A DNA stretch of 64,000 bases from Octopus vulgaris (taxonomy: Eukaryota): NCBI GenBank assembly GCA_951406725.2, contig OX597838.1:41044001-41108000 (forward strand), given 5' to 3'. A model generated the notes under the pieces. It saw nothing but the letters and a program-made list of their open reading frames with translations, was not told the DNA's origin and ran no database searches. This document shows, in pieces, positions 62,602 through 64,000 of this stretch (positions are counted from its first letter, which is position 1; the number at the start of each line of letters is the position of its first letter). Both the position numbers and the translations under genes were made by a program.

Positions 62602-62980
62602 GCAGGAGTGGCTGTGTGGTAAGTAGCTTGCTTACCAACCACATGGTTCCGGGTTCAGTCCCACTGCGTGGTACCTTGGGCAAGTGTCTTCTACTATAGC
62701 CTCAGGCCGACCAAAGCCTTGTGAGTGGATTTGGTAGACGGAAACTGAAAGAAGCCTGTCATATATATGTATATATGTGTTTGTGTCTGTGTTTGTCGTC
62801 CCCAACATCGCTTGACAACTGATGCTGGTGTGTTTACGTCCCCCGTAACTTAGCAGTTCGGCAAAAGAGACCGAGAGATTAAGTACTAGGCTTACAAAGA
62901 GTAAGTCATGGGGTCAATTTGCTCGACTAAAGGCGGTGCTCCAGCATGGCCGCAGTCAAATGGCTGAAACAAGTAAAGAA
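62602..62980 (+). mobile_element. SINE family A
   Basis: Matches consensus. Confidence 0.9.
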
Positions 62981-63639
62981 AAGAAGAAAAAAAACTGTAA
63001 AAGTAACCTTTTTGAAGCATTTTGTTCACAAATATTTACCAGCTGATATGGCATCTGTGTATCTATATCAATGTGGATGGTAGTATCCCTTTGGAAGTGT
63101 GCATGTGTGTGTGTGGGAGGGGGAGTTGGGAGAAAATGAAATGTCAGTGAGGTTCAATAGAGGAAGTTGGGTATTTAGAAGGGGTTGTAAGTTTTCTTAG
63201 AAATAAACTATTTCAAGCAGGCGCATCATAATCATCATTTAACAACCACTTCATGTTTGCACTGTGTGAGATGGTTTGAGGCAGATTTTTCTGTTGGCAA
63301 TCCTCACCTATTTCCACCTATTTTCCCATAGCTAGACATATTTTGCCTTCTCGACTGGAAACGAAGAACTTAGCTTGCACGGTGACGCTGCTCGTCCACA
63401 ACCATCATGTCTAGACAAGGGAACACGCAAATACATGCATGCACCCACACAACAGGCTTCTTTGTAGTTCCATCTACCAAATTTACTCACAAGGTCTTGG
63501 TAAGCCTGAGACTATTGAAGACATTTGCTCAAGGTGCCACACAATGGGTTTGAACCCAAGACCACATAGTTGGGAAGCAAGCACCTGTCACATAGCCATG
63601 CACAATGCTTATATTTTCAATGCATTTTCCAAAAGAGTC

Positions 63640-64000
63640 GGATCTTTTCGGTTTGAACAGCAGTTTTTTCTAGCGGTGTCATATGAAATTGTCCCCCATA
63701 ATTATGACCCTTAGTATCGATCTATTCAATTTCAATCTATTTTAGGGTTAGGGGTGGGGGGAAGGGTATCTTTTTTTCTTCACAAATGTAAATAAACCCA
63801 ATCTGTTTCTTAAACGAAGGACATATTCATACGGCACAGAATGTTTTCACCTCAATGGACGGTCATTGATTGGTTGAAATTGAAGAAAAAAACAACAAAT
63901 ATCTTACAAACTATAGAATTTTCTCAATAAAGCCAAGAGAAAAAAAAAGATGTTTTATAAACACATTCTACCAGTATACGAAGTTTAAAATTTTTTAGTT
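63640..64000 (+). mobile_element. GGATC-TIR MITE, cut by the window edge
   Basis: Left TIR and interior match the other copies. Confidence 0.9.

Overview
Eukaryotic, AT-rich, repeat-dominated DNA. The SINE families and microsatellite load look like an octopus genome (inference, not checked). The only recognisable host gene is DRG1 on the minus strand: coding exons 1-3 at 9673-9711, 2026-2191 and 103-233 give 112 aa with consistent splice phases, and an ETS-motif promoter lies at about 9.8 kb. A second probable promoter and non-coding first exon on the + strand at about 29.5-30.0 kb may open a long intron covering the rest of the window. The remainder is tRNA-derived SINEs, RTE and CR1 LINE fragments, mariner relics, Helitron-like elements, several MITE families and micro/minisatellites; most listed ORFs derive from these. 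The most interesting signal is a set of non-coding Penelope-like element ends: four type I hammerhead ribozyme motifs from three sequence families, one 164-bp inverted-repeat element carrying two of them, and three near-perfect 200-240 bp palindromes with one-sided tails inserted in (TA)n tracts. An RTE reverse transcriptase with a PHD-type finger inside it and a dimeric tandem array in its 3' UTR is also notable. Repeat boundaries are read by eye and may be off by a few bases.
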